A DNA stretch of 64,000 nt, from assembly GCF_049060185.1 (NCBI RefSeq), contig NZ_JBMEQO010000002.1, one strand, 5' to 3'. Numbering within the stretch: the first letter of the stretch is position 1; the number at the start of each line of letters is the position of its first letter. This stretch comes from Nannocystis pusilla. Lineage in GTDB: Bacteria > Myxococcota_A > Polyangia > Nannocystales > Nannocystaceae. The notes under the pieces are model-generated. The model saw only the letters and a list, made by a program, of their open reading frames with translations. It did not search any database and was not told where the DNA came from. Shown here one piece after another: positions 12,583 through 23,437 of the stretch. Both the position numbers and the translations under genes were made by a program.

Positions 12583-12622
12583 ACGTGTCCGTTCGCACAT
12601 GACCTGAAAGACATCCACTCGA
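12583..12622. repeat. inverted repeat AGGTCACGTG-N8-CACATGACCT plus AGACATCC
   Basis: Seen directly 12-40 nt after the paralogue stop and about 60 nt before the hydrolase start. It is a member of the CATG/CGTG palindrome family. Confidence 0.6.
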
Positions 12623-12679
12623 CCCGCCGGCCCGGCCTTCCCCCTCTGCCGCGGCCGGCGGGTTTTCTTTGCCGAGGTC

Positions 12680-13584
12680 GTGGCATCCTCGCCGCGGCCG
12701 CGCATGACCGCTCCCGATCGCACCATCGTCGCCGCCGACGGCACCCGCGTGGTCTACCGCCGCGAGGGCGAGGGGCCGGCGCTGCTGCTGTGCAATGGCA
12801 TCACGACGTCGCGGTTCTTCTGGACCACCTGGCGCCGCGCTGGGCCAAGCGGTTCACGGTGATCACGTGGGACCTCAAGGGCCACGGGCGCAGCGACCCG
12901 GCCCGCACGGCGGCGGGCGTCGAGATCCCGGCGCTGGCGCGCGACGCCCTGGCGATCCTCGACGCCGAGGGGCTGACGGAGGCGGTGCCGGTCGGCTTCT
13001 CGATGGGCTGCCAGGTGGCGCTCGAGATCTATCGCGCCGCGCCGGCGCGGGTGCGCGGGCTGGTGCTGTTGCTCGGGCCGTCGGGGCGGGTGTTCGACAC
13101 GGCGCTCGGTCCATTCGGGCCGGCGCTGCACGGGCTCATCGCTCGCCTGCCGGTGCCGGGGTTCCGCCTGGCGTTTCGCGGGGTGCGCTCGATCGTCGGC
13201 TTGCCGGGCAGCCGGCGGCTGGGGCAGCTGCTCGGGCTCATCGGCCCCGCGGCGACGCCGGCCGACGTGAAGCTTTACGTCGAGCACTTCGTGCGCGAGC
13301 TCGACCCGGGCACTCTGGCGGCGATGGCGCTGGCGGCCCAGAGCCACTGCGCGGTCGACCTGCTGCCGAGGATCGCCGTGCCGACTCTGGTGGTGGCCGG
13401 CGACCGCGACGTGTTCGCGCCGGCGCCCCGGGTCGGCCTGCCGCTGCATCGCGCGATCCCGGGCAGCCAGCTGCTTCGTCTGGCCCACGGGACCCACACC
13501 AGCCTGTTCGAGCACCACCTGGAGATCGGGGCGGCGGTCGAACGGTTCTGCGAGGGCCTCACGGGGCGCCGCGAGGTCGGGTAA
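12680..13584 (+). CDS. alpha/beta-fold hydrolase, 1 frameshift
   Basis: Motif ...EGEGPALLLCNGITTS. After a frameshift at about 12830: ...VITWDLKGHGRSD...VGFSMGCQVALE (GxSxG nucleophile elbow)...AGDRDVFAP...HTSLFEHH. Confidence 0.65.
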
Positions 13585-13593
13585 AACGGCGGC

Positions 13594-14884
13594 ATGCGCC
13601 GCTTCGCTTCGCTTACTCTCCTCCTCGCCGCCTGCAGCACCGCAGCGGCTACCTCCGGCCCCGGTGACAGCGCCGGGGGCACCGACGGCTCGGATTCTTC
13701 GATCTCGTCGACGACGTCCGACGGTCCACCTCCGGGCGGTTCGTCGGCGTCGACGGATTCGCCGACGACCGGCGTGGGGATGACCGAGGGTGGCACGCTC
13801 GATCCGAACGCGACCAGCACCACGGGCCAGGGCTCCGAACACGACTACGACGCGCCAGGAGGGCGCCCGTCGGCAACGCGACGTTCTCGGTGGTCGCCGG
13901 CGATCGCACCCTGCTGGTCGAGGCATGGTACCCGGCCGACATCTCGGCGCAGGCGGCCGCCGACGCCGGGCATCCGATCGCCGAGTTCGTGCCGATGGGC
14001 CCGCAGCGCGACATGATGGTGGCGCTGCTCGCCAAGCTGTCGGAGCACGGGCAGGTCGGCGTGCGCGAGCAGACCCGCTCGGCGCGCGACGCCGCGTCGG
14101 CGGGCACGGGGCCGTATCCGCTGGTGATGTTCTCGCACTGCCACGGCTGCGTGCGCTTCTCGATGTTCACGATCGCCGAGCACCTGGCCAGTCACGGCTT
14201 CGTGGTCGTCGCGCCCGACCACGCCGGCAACACCCTGTTCGACGAGCCGCAGGCGCCGCTCGACGAGGCGTTTTTGCAGGTCCGCGTGGCCGACCAGAGC
14301 GCGGTGCTCGACGCGGTGCTCGACGCCGGCAACTCGGCGGTGCCCGAGGCCATCCGCGGGGCGATCGACCCGGCCCGGATCGGCGCGATGGGCCACAGCT
14401 ACGGGGCCGCGACCGCGGGGCGGCTGGCCCAGGAGGACGACCGGATCGTGGCGGCGCTGCCGATCGCGGCGCCGGTGCAGAACCCGATCTTCTCCGGCAC
14501 CAAGCTGGCGGAGATCGACGAGCCGCAGCTGTTCGTGCTCGCCGCCGAGGACAACAGCATCGGCAAGATCGGCAACCAGCTCATCGAGTCCAACTTCGAC
14601 GCCGCGGCCACGCCGGCCTACCTGGTGCGGATGAAGGACACCGGTCACTGGGGCCCGACCGACATCTGCGGGCTGGCGGAGCAGTTCGACGCCGGCTGCG
14701 GCCCGGGGCGCGGCAGACCGACGGCAGCGAGTTCGTCTACCTCGAGCCGCTGCAGGCGCGGACGATCGTCGCCGCCTACGCGGCCGCGTTCTTCGACCAC
14801 CACCTGCGCGGCAACGCGGCGGCGCTCGAGTTCTTGCAGACGGCGACGCCGCCCGAGGTGGTCGAGGTCGAGACGCGACTGTAG
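13594..14884 (+). CDS. secreted lipoprotein, PAF-acetylhydrolase/dienelactone-hydrolase-like lipase, 2 frameshifts
   Basis: Lipobox LLLAAC, then a Ser/Thr/Gly linker. Catalytic domain with MFSHCHGC, VVAPDHAGN and GHSYGA. Frame changes at about 13880 and about 14700. Confidence 0.55.
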
Positions 14885-14885
14885 C

Positions 14886-14970
14886 TCGGGACAGGTCTGG
14901 AAGGGCATGTCGTGGGGACATGCTCTTCGAGGCATGGCGCCGGGGACATGGTGCGAGGGACATGGTGGCG
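14886..14970. repeat. 6-unit 14-bp-phased array of GGGACATGKY palindromes
   Basis: Cores at 14892 (CAGG), 14906, 14919, 14933, 14947 and 14961. Starts 2 nt after the stop codon of the lipase gene. Confidence 0.85.
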
Positions 14971-15270
14971 TTCGGCGCGGCTGCGGTAAGCGGAGCGGCG
15001 TGACCGGTCGCGTGGGCCCGTCGCGCCTCGCGGGAGCGACGGGCGGCTCCGCGACGGTGGAAGAACGCGGGGTGCCCGAATCGAGCGGTCCGGCGCTTTG
15101 CGCCTGGGCCGGGAGCGGCCTCTCGAGGTGTGCTCGAGTCGAGCGGTTCGGCTTTTTGGAGAAACTGCCTCGCAATGGGAGCTGGACGAGCAACGATGTT
15201 CCGTCGCGGCCTTCCCTGGCGATGACGGGCGGGTTCGGCCGCGCGGGCCGGCGCGGGGCGGGCGGGGCCC

Positions 15271-16364
15271 TTGTCGGGCGGGTCTTCGCGGGCCATGCTG
15301 CGGCGCATGGACTTCGCACGGCTCGCGGAGGCGCTCGGCGGCGCGACCCTGGCGACGGAGGCGGGCGGGCGGAGCGAGCTGGCGCCGTTCGTCCTGCGCT
15401 CCGGGACAGGTCCCGAGGTCCATGTGTATCCCGAGCTCGAGGAGGGCGCGTGCGTCGGGGCGGTGTTCGCGGTGCTGCGCGCCGACACGGCCGAGACGCC
15501 GCGGATCGTGCTGCGGGCCGAGGACGCGCTGGACCGCGGCGCCAAGGCGGTCGGCCTCAACCGCGAGCTGCAGCTCGGCGACCCGGCGTTCGACGCCGCG
15601 GTCTACGTCGAGTCCGAGGCCCTGACGCGCTCGTGGCCCGGGTGCTGGCCGAACCTGCCGCGCGGGCGGCCGCGGTGGCGCTGGTGCGCGGGCCGGCGCG
15701 CGAGGTCCAGCTCGGCGAGGGTCGGGTGACCGCGCGGCTGTCGGCGGCGCAGCTGGCGGAGACGACGGTCGCCGAGGCGCTGCTCGCGTCGCTGCGCGCG
15801 CTGGCGGCGGCGATGGCTGTTCCGAAGGACATGCCCACACGCGGCGAGCTGGTGCGCCGGCGCTCGGTCGGTCACATCTTCGTGATCGCGTTCGCGTGGC
15901 TGGTCACCCTCGGCCTGGCGGTGCTGCTGCGCCCGCCGCAGGTGCTGGCGTGGGGGCCGGTGTTCGGGGCGCTCGGCCTCGGCGGGCTGTTGTGGCTGGT
16001 GGTGCTGGTCCCGCTGGGGCTCATCCTGCGCGGCGCGCCGGACTCCCTGCGGTGGTTCACGCTCAGCGCGGCGGCGTTCCTGCTGACGACGCCGTTCGCC
16101 GGGATGAAGCTGGCCCTGTGGGCCAACGCGGCGCTCGACCGCGGGCCCGAGGTCGCAGTCCGCCTGCCGGTGCAGCTGGTCGACCGCAGCGAGACGCTGG
16201 TGCTGGTCGACGTGGTCGGGCTCGAGGTCGGTCGCACGTCGACGCGCCTGGCTGTCCCGATGGACAGGGTCTTGGGGACGTTGCCGAAAGCGCCTGGCTC
16301 GTTGATCCTGACGAAGCGGCCGGGGGCGCTCGGCTGGCCGTGGCTGGTCGACCTGCGGCCGTGA
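15271..16364 (+). CDS. hypothetical membrane protein (soluble N-domain plus 4 C-terminal TM helices), 1 frameshift
   Basis: ORF 15271-15729, then after a frame change at about 15650 the tail of the 13890-16364 frame (IFVIAFAWLVTLGLAVLL..., LLWLVVLVPLGLIL...). Confidence 0.35.
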
Positions 16365-16644
16365 GCGGCGGGAGTCGGTAGCGAAGGCTGCCTCGAGAGA
16401 CAGCTCTTGGACGGACGTCTCTTGGGTCATGTTGCGCCGCGCGCCACGAGATCGAGAGACCGACGGTGAGTCCCCGGGGAGCCGGCGGGGCCAGGATGGC
16501 CCGAGGGACAGGTCACGCGCACGCGGCGGGCGGAGCGAGCAGACGCGGCGGCATGGTTCGCGGCACGAAGATGCGGGGTCGAGCGGAGAGGCCCGAACTG
16601 CGGCTCACGCCGCGAGCGACGCTCCGGCGCCGATTAAGCCCTGT

Positions 16645-16740
16645 TCGACATGGTCGAAGGGATAGGTCGTAGAGGGCATGTCGAAGTCGACATGTCTCTC
16701 ACGACATGATCATGAGAACATGTCGTTCGGGACAGAGTCA
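16645..16740. repeat. 7-unit perfectly 14-bp-phased array (GACATGTC / GGGCATGTC units)
   Basis: Cores at 16649, 16663, 16677, 16691, 16705, 16719 and 16733. The last 2-3 units encode the C-terminal codons (...PNDMFS*) of the minus-strand FAD monooxygenase. A degenerate copy set lies at 16395-16445. Confidence 0.9.
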
Positions 16741-18067
16741 GCGCGCCAGCAGGGCCGGCGCAGCACGCTCGGGTGGAACAGGTCGCGGCTCGGGCGCATC
16801 AGGTGCAGGACCTCGATCAGGCGCAGGTAGAGCTCGGGCGAGCGGGTGGCGGCGGCGAAGATCCGGTCGACGAAGCGGTGCATGAGCTTGAGGCCCGGCG
16901 AGACCTTGCCGGTGGTCCCCGGCCAGCGCAGGTCGTCGCTGCTGGCGGTCATGAAGGCGGCCAGGTTGCCGGCGGCGAGGCGCTTCTGGAAGCGCAGGCC
17001 GAGCGGCTCGTGCGGCGCGCGCGCAGGGCCGCGTCGAGGACCGTGGCGGCGACGGCGGCGACGCTCATGCCCTGGCCGTAGACGGGGTTGAGGGCGCAGG
17101 CGGCGTCGCCGAGGACGACGAAGCCGTCGGGCCAGCGGCGCAGGCGCTCGTAGTGGCGCAGGCGGTTCTCGGTCTTGCGGTAGCCGTGGATGGCGGAGCA
17201 GGGCGTGGCGCCGACCAGGACGTCGCGCAGGGCGGGGTCTCGAGGGCGCCGGCGAACTCGAGGAAGCCGGCCTCGTCGACCGGCGGGAACACGCCGCCGT
17301 AACCGACGAGGGTGACGATGTGACGCCCGCCCTCGACCGGGTAGACGACGCCGCCGCGCGGGTTCTTGCCCGGCTTGCCCATGGCGTAGAGGACCTTCCA
17401 GTCGGGCCGGGCGCGCAGCTCGTAGAGGCGGGTGGCGTAGCCGAGCTGGGCGTCGATGATGGTCTCGGGCGGCTCGGGGTAGCCGAGCGCGGCCAGCCAG
17501 GTCGGGGCCCTGGAGGCGCGCCCGCAGGCGTCGACGACGAGGTCGGCGCGCAGCTCGTCGGCCGCGAGCTCGGGCGCGCCGGCGCGGCGGTGGACCTGGA
17601 CGCCGACGATCCGCTCGCCGGCGGCCTGCAGGCCGGTGACCTCGAGGCCGGAGTGGATGCGCACGCGCTCGTCGGCGACCAGCGCGCTGCGCACCTGGTA
17701 CTCGAGCAGGCCGCGGGTGCAGGCGCGCGAGCGCAGCGGCGAGGGACCCGCGGGGCCTGACCGAAGGGGGTGTGCCAGGCGACGTCGTCGAGCCAGTCGA
17801 TCTCGTGGGCGCCCGCGGCCGCGAGCGCGTCGCCGAGGCCGGGGAACTGCTCGCTCATGATCTGCCAGCCGCGCGTCAACAAGACGTGGACGTGGTGGCT
17901 CTGCGGCGCGCCGGCCCGCGGCTCGGGCCCGGCAGGCAAGCTGTCACGATCGAGGAGGTGACGCGCTCGAAGTGACGCGTGAGCACGCGGGCGGCGAGGA
18001 GGCCGGCGATCCCGGCGCCGATCACGATCGCGCGGCGAGGCGCCGACGCGGAGCCTGAGGTGGGCAT
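16710..18067 (-). CDS. FAD-dependent monooxygenase (UbiH/TetX-like), 3 frameshifts
   Basis: N-terminus [29 protein letters not shown] (GxGxxG dinucleotide-binding motif) in ORF 17876-18067. Middle in ORF 17065-17694. C-terminus ...[37 protein letters not shown] in the 16710-18638 frame. Confidence 0.6.
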
Positions 18068-18153
18068 GGCGGAGTGATACGACAGCGCGGCGACGGCCGG
18101 AAGCGGGCCCGCACGCAGGCGGGGCGCGCGATCGCTCGCGCTCCGCTCCGGGC

Positions 18154-18590
18154 TGGTCGAAGAGACAGGTCGGGCGAGGCCCGGCGACGGTGTTTTGAAC
18201 GGGCGCCGGTGGCCGCCGGAGCGGCGCGCTCGGCCGCGGCCCGAGGCCGAGCTGCTCGAAGGACATGTCCGGGGCGGTCTGCAGCGGCGGGGTGCGCGGC
18301 GCGGAGGTCGGGTGGGGCGATCGCGTGCGGGTGATGGTGGCTGTCCGAAGAGACATGTCGCGCCGGCTGCAGGGCGGGGCGGGCGACGCGACGGCCGGGC
18401 GGCGAGGTGGCGAAGCAGGAGCGCGCCGGCGAACGGGCTGAGGCTCGCTAGAGGCGGCCGAGCTGCGGGATGACGATGTTCGGCCGGTACGCCGCAGATG
18501 TCCGAAGGTCATGTCACTCATGGGTGCCGGACAGCGCGCCGAGGTCGGTGCATTCATGATTTTTAAAAGAATGTCCGAAGGGACAGGTCG
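18154..18590. repeat. 5 dispersed copies of the 20-bp element TGTCCGAAGRGACAKGTCG in a divergent promoter region
   Basis: Copies at about 18154, 18254, 18341, 18497 and 18569. The spacer is CGAAG in every copy at this locus, so this is a local subfamily. An AT-rich island CATTCATGATTTTTAAAAGAATG lies at 18550-18572. Confidence 0.8.
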
Positions 18591-18909
18591 TCGCGGGCGC
18601 AGCGGTGATCGGCGGCACTCGAACGAAGGTGATCGCAATCGCAGGTGTAGGATTCACGGGCCCACGAGCTTCCGCACGAGCGCTCGGCTTGACCGCTCCA
18701 CAGGCCGCGTGTATCCCCAAATCGATGCTCCGGCGCGCCACCACCGCGACTACTACCACCACCCTTCCGGGTGGGGTCGGTCGCGTGCGCGTGCGCTGAG
18801 AGCTTTCGAGACACACGCCCTGCGAAGCCCCGCCCGAGCCGGCGGGGCTTTTGCGCGCATGGTGGCGTCGCTCCGTCCGGCCGGTCCTTTCACCCCGGAG
18901 ACCGCCGCC

Positions 18910-20129
18910 ATGAGCCACGACATCAGCCCCCATTCCGTCCTCGACGCCCACGACCACCGCGCCCTCGGCCCTCGCCTCGGCCTGTTCCACCTGCAGGAAG
19001 AGGCGCCGGCGATGGTGTTCTGGCACCCCGCGGCCTGGTCCTCGCCCGCGCGCTGGAAGACGCGGCCCGCCGCCGCGCCAGCGCCGACGGCTATCACGAG
19101 GTCCGCACGCCGCAATTGCTGCGACAGCCGATCTGGGAGAAGAGCGGCCACTGGCAGCATTTCCGCCAGGGAATGTTCGCAGTCGCCGACGAGGGCTGCG
19201 GCGCGGCGCTGAAGCCGGTGAGCTGCCCTGGCCACATCCAGATCGCCCAGCGCAGCGCGCTGTCGTACCGCGACCTGCCGCTGCGCCTGTGCGAGTTCGG
19301 CCTGTGCCACCGCGACGAGCCGAGCGGGACGCTGCACGGGCTGTTCCGCCTGCGCCAGTTCACGCAGGACGACGGCCACGTGTTCTGCGCGGAGGACCAG
19401 ATCGCGGCCGAGATCGTGCGCTTCTGCCAGGGCGCGCGCAGGTTCTACGCGGGCTTCGGTTTCGAGGACTTCGCGGTCGGGCTGTCGACGCGTCCGCCGG
19501 AGCGGGTCGGCGACGATGCGCTGTGGGACCGCGCGGAGGCGCAGCTGGCGGCGGCGGCCCGCGAGGCGGGGCTGGATTACGTGGTGCAGCCGGGCGAGGG
19601 GGCGTTCTACGGGCCGAAGCTCGAGTTCTCGCTGCGCGACCGCCTCGGCCGCTCGTGGCAGTGCGGGACGATCCAGCTCGACTTCAACCTGCCGGAGCGC
19701 TTCGGGCTGCATTACATCGACGAGGCCGGTCAGCGCCGCCGCCCTGCGATGCTGCACCGGGCGATCTACGGCAGCCTCGAGCGCTTCCTGGCGATCGTGC
19801 TCGAGCACCACGCAGGCGCGCTGCCGGCCTGGCTGGCGCCCGTGCAGGTGGTGGTGGCGCCGGTGGCCCAGGCTCAGCAAGCGGCGGCGGAGGCGGCAGT
19901 GGCCGAGCTGCGCGCGGCGGGGATCCGGGTCGAGCTCGACGACCGCCGCGAGACGCTGGCCCGCCGGGTGGCGGAGGCGCACGCGCAAGGGGTGCCGATG
20001 CTCGCGGTGATCGGGGCGCGCGAGGCGAGCAGCGAGGCGCTGACGCTGCGGATCCGCGAGGAGCAGCAGGTGCTGCCGCGCGCGCAGGCGGTGGCGCAGA
20101 TCGCGAGGCATTGCGCGCCGCCGGTGTGA
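18910..20129 (+). CDS. threonyl-tRNA synthetase catalytic-core paralogue (class II aaRS) lacking the N-terminal TGS/editing domains, 1 frameshift
   Basis: [43 protein letters not shown] matches the ThrRS RDHRKLG...FxxEEAPGMxFWHPKGW region. Frame change at about 19045. Downstream come the class-II motifs and anticodon-binding domain (...[11 protein letters not shown]...). Confidence 0.7.
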
Positions 20130-20175
20130 CGGGCGCGAGCGAGCGCGAAGGTGTCCGCTCGCGCCAGGGCCGCGA

Positions 20176-20591
20176 TTGCGAAGGGACTCGCAGGAGCGGC
20201 TCGACGTGATCTCGGTCGACCCATGCGGCATCCTCGACCGCCATGCAGCAAGCCAGGTCCTCGGCAGTTCCCCCGTGAGCATCTTCATTCTCGGCACTGC
20301 CGTCATTCCCCGCGGCCACGAGATCGAGTTCGTGACCTACGTGAAGCCGGCGAAGGGCTTCCTGAGCGTGAAGAGCACGTACGCGGTGTTGACCGACCTG
20401 GTGACCGGCGTGGTTTACACGCCATGGGTCAGCAACGGCGAGACGCCGGCGTGGGAGGGGCGGACGTGGAGGTCGAGGAGCGCGTGCGGGGACGGGTGCT
20501 GCAATGCAACGTCCAGACGATGGCCAATGCCGACGGGACAGCCCGCACCGGGCTGCTCGTGGACGTGAGCTCGGGCCCCGACGATCGCTGA
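20176..20591 (+). CDS. small hypothetical protein, 1 frameshift
   Basis: ...SIFILGTAVIPRGHEIEFVTYVKPAKGFLSVKSTYAVLTDLVTGVVYTPWVSNGETPAWEG, then a frame change in a G-run at about 20465, then ADVEVEERVRGRVLQCNVQTMANADGTARTGLLVDVSSGPDDR. Start uncertain (GTG at 20275 is possible). Confidence 0.3.
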
Positions 20592-20981
20592 TGCGAGCCA
20601 GGGCGCGAATGGGTCGGGGACGCACTGTACCGATTCCCGACTGACACGATCGCTCGACGAATGGGCCGACGAGGCGCGCGAGGTCGTTCGGCCCGACGTT
20701 CTTCGCGGCCGTGCGGGGCTTCGCCGCGTGACTCGAGTGTCGAGAAACACGACGCGGTGTTTCAAGTCCGACAGCCGCGCGGAGGCGAGGGAGATCGCCC
20801 GGGTCGCGTGCGGCGGAGGTGGGGCGTCCGGGCCGCCGGCGGGCGCGAGAGACGGGCTCGCTGCGCGGCTGGGGGCCGTAGCCGCGGATCTGGCTGCGGG
20901 CGCGGGGCGAGCGCGCGCTGCGCTCGGGGCCATCTGCCACTCGTCGGCGGGGCCGCGGTGAGCGACAGTCGGGCCCCCGGC

Positions 20982-22051
20982 ATGTCCGTAAACGTCCCCA
21001 AGCCCATCACCGCGCTCGAGGCGCTGGAGCGTGCGCAGTGGATCGCGTTCGCCCCGTTCGTGTTCCAGGCCGCCCGCGTGCTGCGCGACCGCGGGATCCT
21101 CCTCGCCATCGAGCGCAGCCGCGAGGGCCTCACCCTCGAGGAGGTCGCGGCGGCGGCGGAGCTGCCGATCTACGGCACGCGGGTGGTGCTCGAGGCGGGG
21201 CTCGGGATCGGGCTCGTGACCGAGGTCGACGGCCGCTATCGCATCACCAAGACCGGCGTGTACGTGCAGCACGATCCGATGACGCGCGCCAACTTCGACT
21301 TCGTGCGCGACGTGAACTACCACGGCATCGCGGGGCTCGACGCGGCGGTGGCGTCGGGCAAGCCGGAGGGGCTCAAGGTGTTCGGCGAGTGGCCGACGGT
21401 CTACGCCGGGCTGTCGCAATTGCCGGAGTCGGTGCGAAAGTCGTGGTTCCAGTTCGACCACTACTATTCCGACGGGGCGTTCGGCGCGGCGCTGCCCCTG
21501 GTGTTCGCGGGCAAGCCGAAGCGGCTGCTCGACATCGGCGGCAACACGGGCAAGTGGGCGGCGGCGTGCATGCGGCACGACCCCGACGTCGAGGTGACGC
21601 TGATGGACCTGCCGGGGCAGCTCCGCAACGCGGAGCAGAACCTGCGCGAGGCGGGGCTGCTGGCGCGGGCGCGCTTCCACGAGGCCGACCTGCTCGACGA
21701 GAACTCGCCGGTCCCGACCGACTTCGACGCGATCTGGATGAGCCAGTTCCTCGACTGCTTCTCCGAGGCGGAGATCGTGTCGATCCTGCGCCGCTGCGTC
21801 GCCGCGGCCGGGCCGGATGCAAGATCTACATCCTCGAGGCGTTCTGGGACCGCCAGCGCTTCGAGGCCGCCAGCTTCTGCCTGCAGATGACGTCGCTGTA
21901 CTTCACCGCGGTCGCCAACGGCACCAGCCAGATGTACCGCTCGACGACGTTCCTCGCGTGCGTCCACGCGGCCGGCCTCGAGATCGAGCGCGAGTACGAC
22001 GACCTCGGGGTCAGCCACACGCTGCTGGTGTGCCGCCCGCGGCCGATGTGA
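20982..22051 (+). CDS. SAM-dependent O-methyltransferase (class I, COMT-like), 1 frameshift
   Basis: N-terminal dimerisation/winged-helix region. SAM-binding motif LLDIGGNTGKWAAA and MDLPG. One missing G at about 21815 separates ...ILRRCVAAAGP from (GC)KIYILEAFWDRQ. Confidence 0.7.
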
Positions 22052-22136
22052 CGGTTCTGGCCCACGGGTGAGGACGGGCGCCGCGTCCGATCGGTGACCG
22101 CGGCGTCGGTAGAGAGCTCGCGGTAGCGTCGACGGG

Positions 22137-23427
22137 ATGCTCGCCGCCTTGCTCGCGCTGCTGGCCGCCCCGGTCGTGACGCCCGGGCAGGACGCTCACT
22201 ACCGGCTCGACAACGGGCTCGAGGTGATCCTCCGCCACGATCGGCGGGCGCCGCTGGTGGCGGTGCGACTGCGGGTCCACGCCGGCAGCGTCGACGATCC
22301 GCGCGGTCGCAGCGGGCTGGCGCACGTGGTCGAGCACGTGGCGCACGAGGGCTCGACGCACGTCGACCGCGGCCGACGCGAGGGCCTCGAGTACGCGCTG
22401 TCGGCCCACGCGAACAACGCGGAGACCGGGTTTTATGCCACGGAGTATTATTATACGGCGCCGGCGCAGGCGACCGAGCACGTGCTGTGGATCGAGGCCG
22501 ATCGCCTCGGCTTCGTGCGCGGGCAACACGGCGCGCCGACGCTGGCGGGGTGCGACGGATCGTGCTCAACGAGCGGCGCCAGCGGGCGGAGCAAGATCCG
22601 CTGGCGCGGCTCGAGATCCAGGCGCTGACTGCGTTGTTCCCGGCGGGGCACCCATATCACGGGGCGATCATCGGCAGCGCGGACGATCTGGCAGCGACGA
22701 CGATCGCCGACGTCGACGCGTTCCTCGGCCGACATGTCCAGCCGGGCAACGCGACGCTGGTGCTGGTCGGCGATCTGCCGGCGGAGACGTCGGGGTGGAT
22801 CGAGCGGCACTTCGGCGGCCTGCCGGCGCAGCCGCGACCGCCGGCGCGCACCGTGCCGCAGGTGACGCGGATGACCGAGCTGCGCGTGATGGCCGAGCGA
22901 CCGGTGGGCGCGGCGCCGGCGGTGTTGATGGCCTGGCCGTCGCCGGCGCTCGACGCCGACGGCGACGCGGCCGCGGACGTGCTGGCGGAGGCGCTGGAGC
23001 GCGGCGGGTACGTCCGGCTGGCGCGCGCGGAGGGTCCGCCGGAGGCGGCGGAATTCCAGGCGACGCAGCGCAGTCTGCCGAATCAGTCGGTGTTCTTCGT
23101 GCGGGTGATCGGCCGCGTCGGCGGCGATCCAATGCGCCTCGTCGCGGAGGTCGACCGCGTGCTGGCTCGCGTGGGCGAGGGAGCGCTGGCGGAGCCTGCC
23201 GTGCGACGCGCCAGGCTGCGGCTCGCGCGAGAGCATCGCAGCGCGCTGCAAGACCTGCAGGACCGCGCGGCGGTGTTGGCGGCAGAGGCGGCCGCCGGGA
23301 AGCCGCTCGGCGGGGAGGAGGATGTCCAGGAGTGGACCGCGGTGACGCCCGCGGAGGTGGCCGCTTCGCGCGTGAGGTGCTGCGGCCGGAGGGGCGCGTG
23401 GTCGTGCTGGCGGAGGGCGAGGCATGA
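22137..23427 (+). CDS. M16-family zinc peptidase, active subunit (HxxEH), 2 frameshifts
   Basis: HVVEHVAHEGSTH inverted zincin motif. Fragments 22137-22628, 22487-about 23360 and 22435-23427 join to about 430 aa. Confidence 0.65.
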
Positions 23428-23437
23428 GGGGGCGAGC

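Noticed and set aside
9885-16740. Could the short phased arrays be CRISPR arrays?
   Set aside because: The units are 14 bp, made of an 8-10-bp palindrome plus 4-6 variable nt. That is far shorter than CRISPR repeats or spacers. No cas genes are present, and arrays sit at many separate loci.
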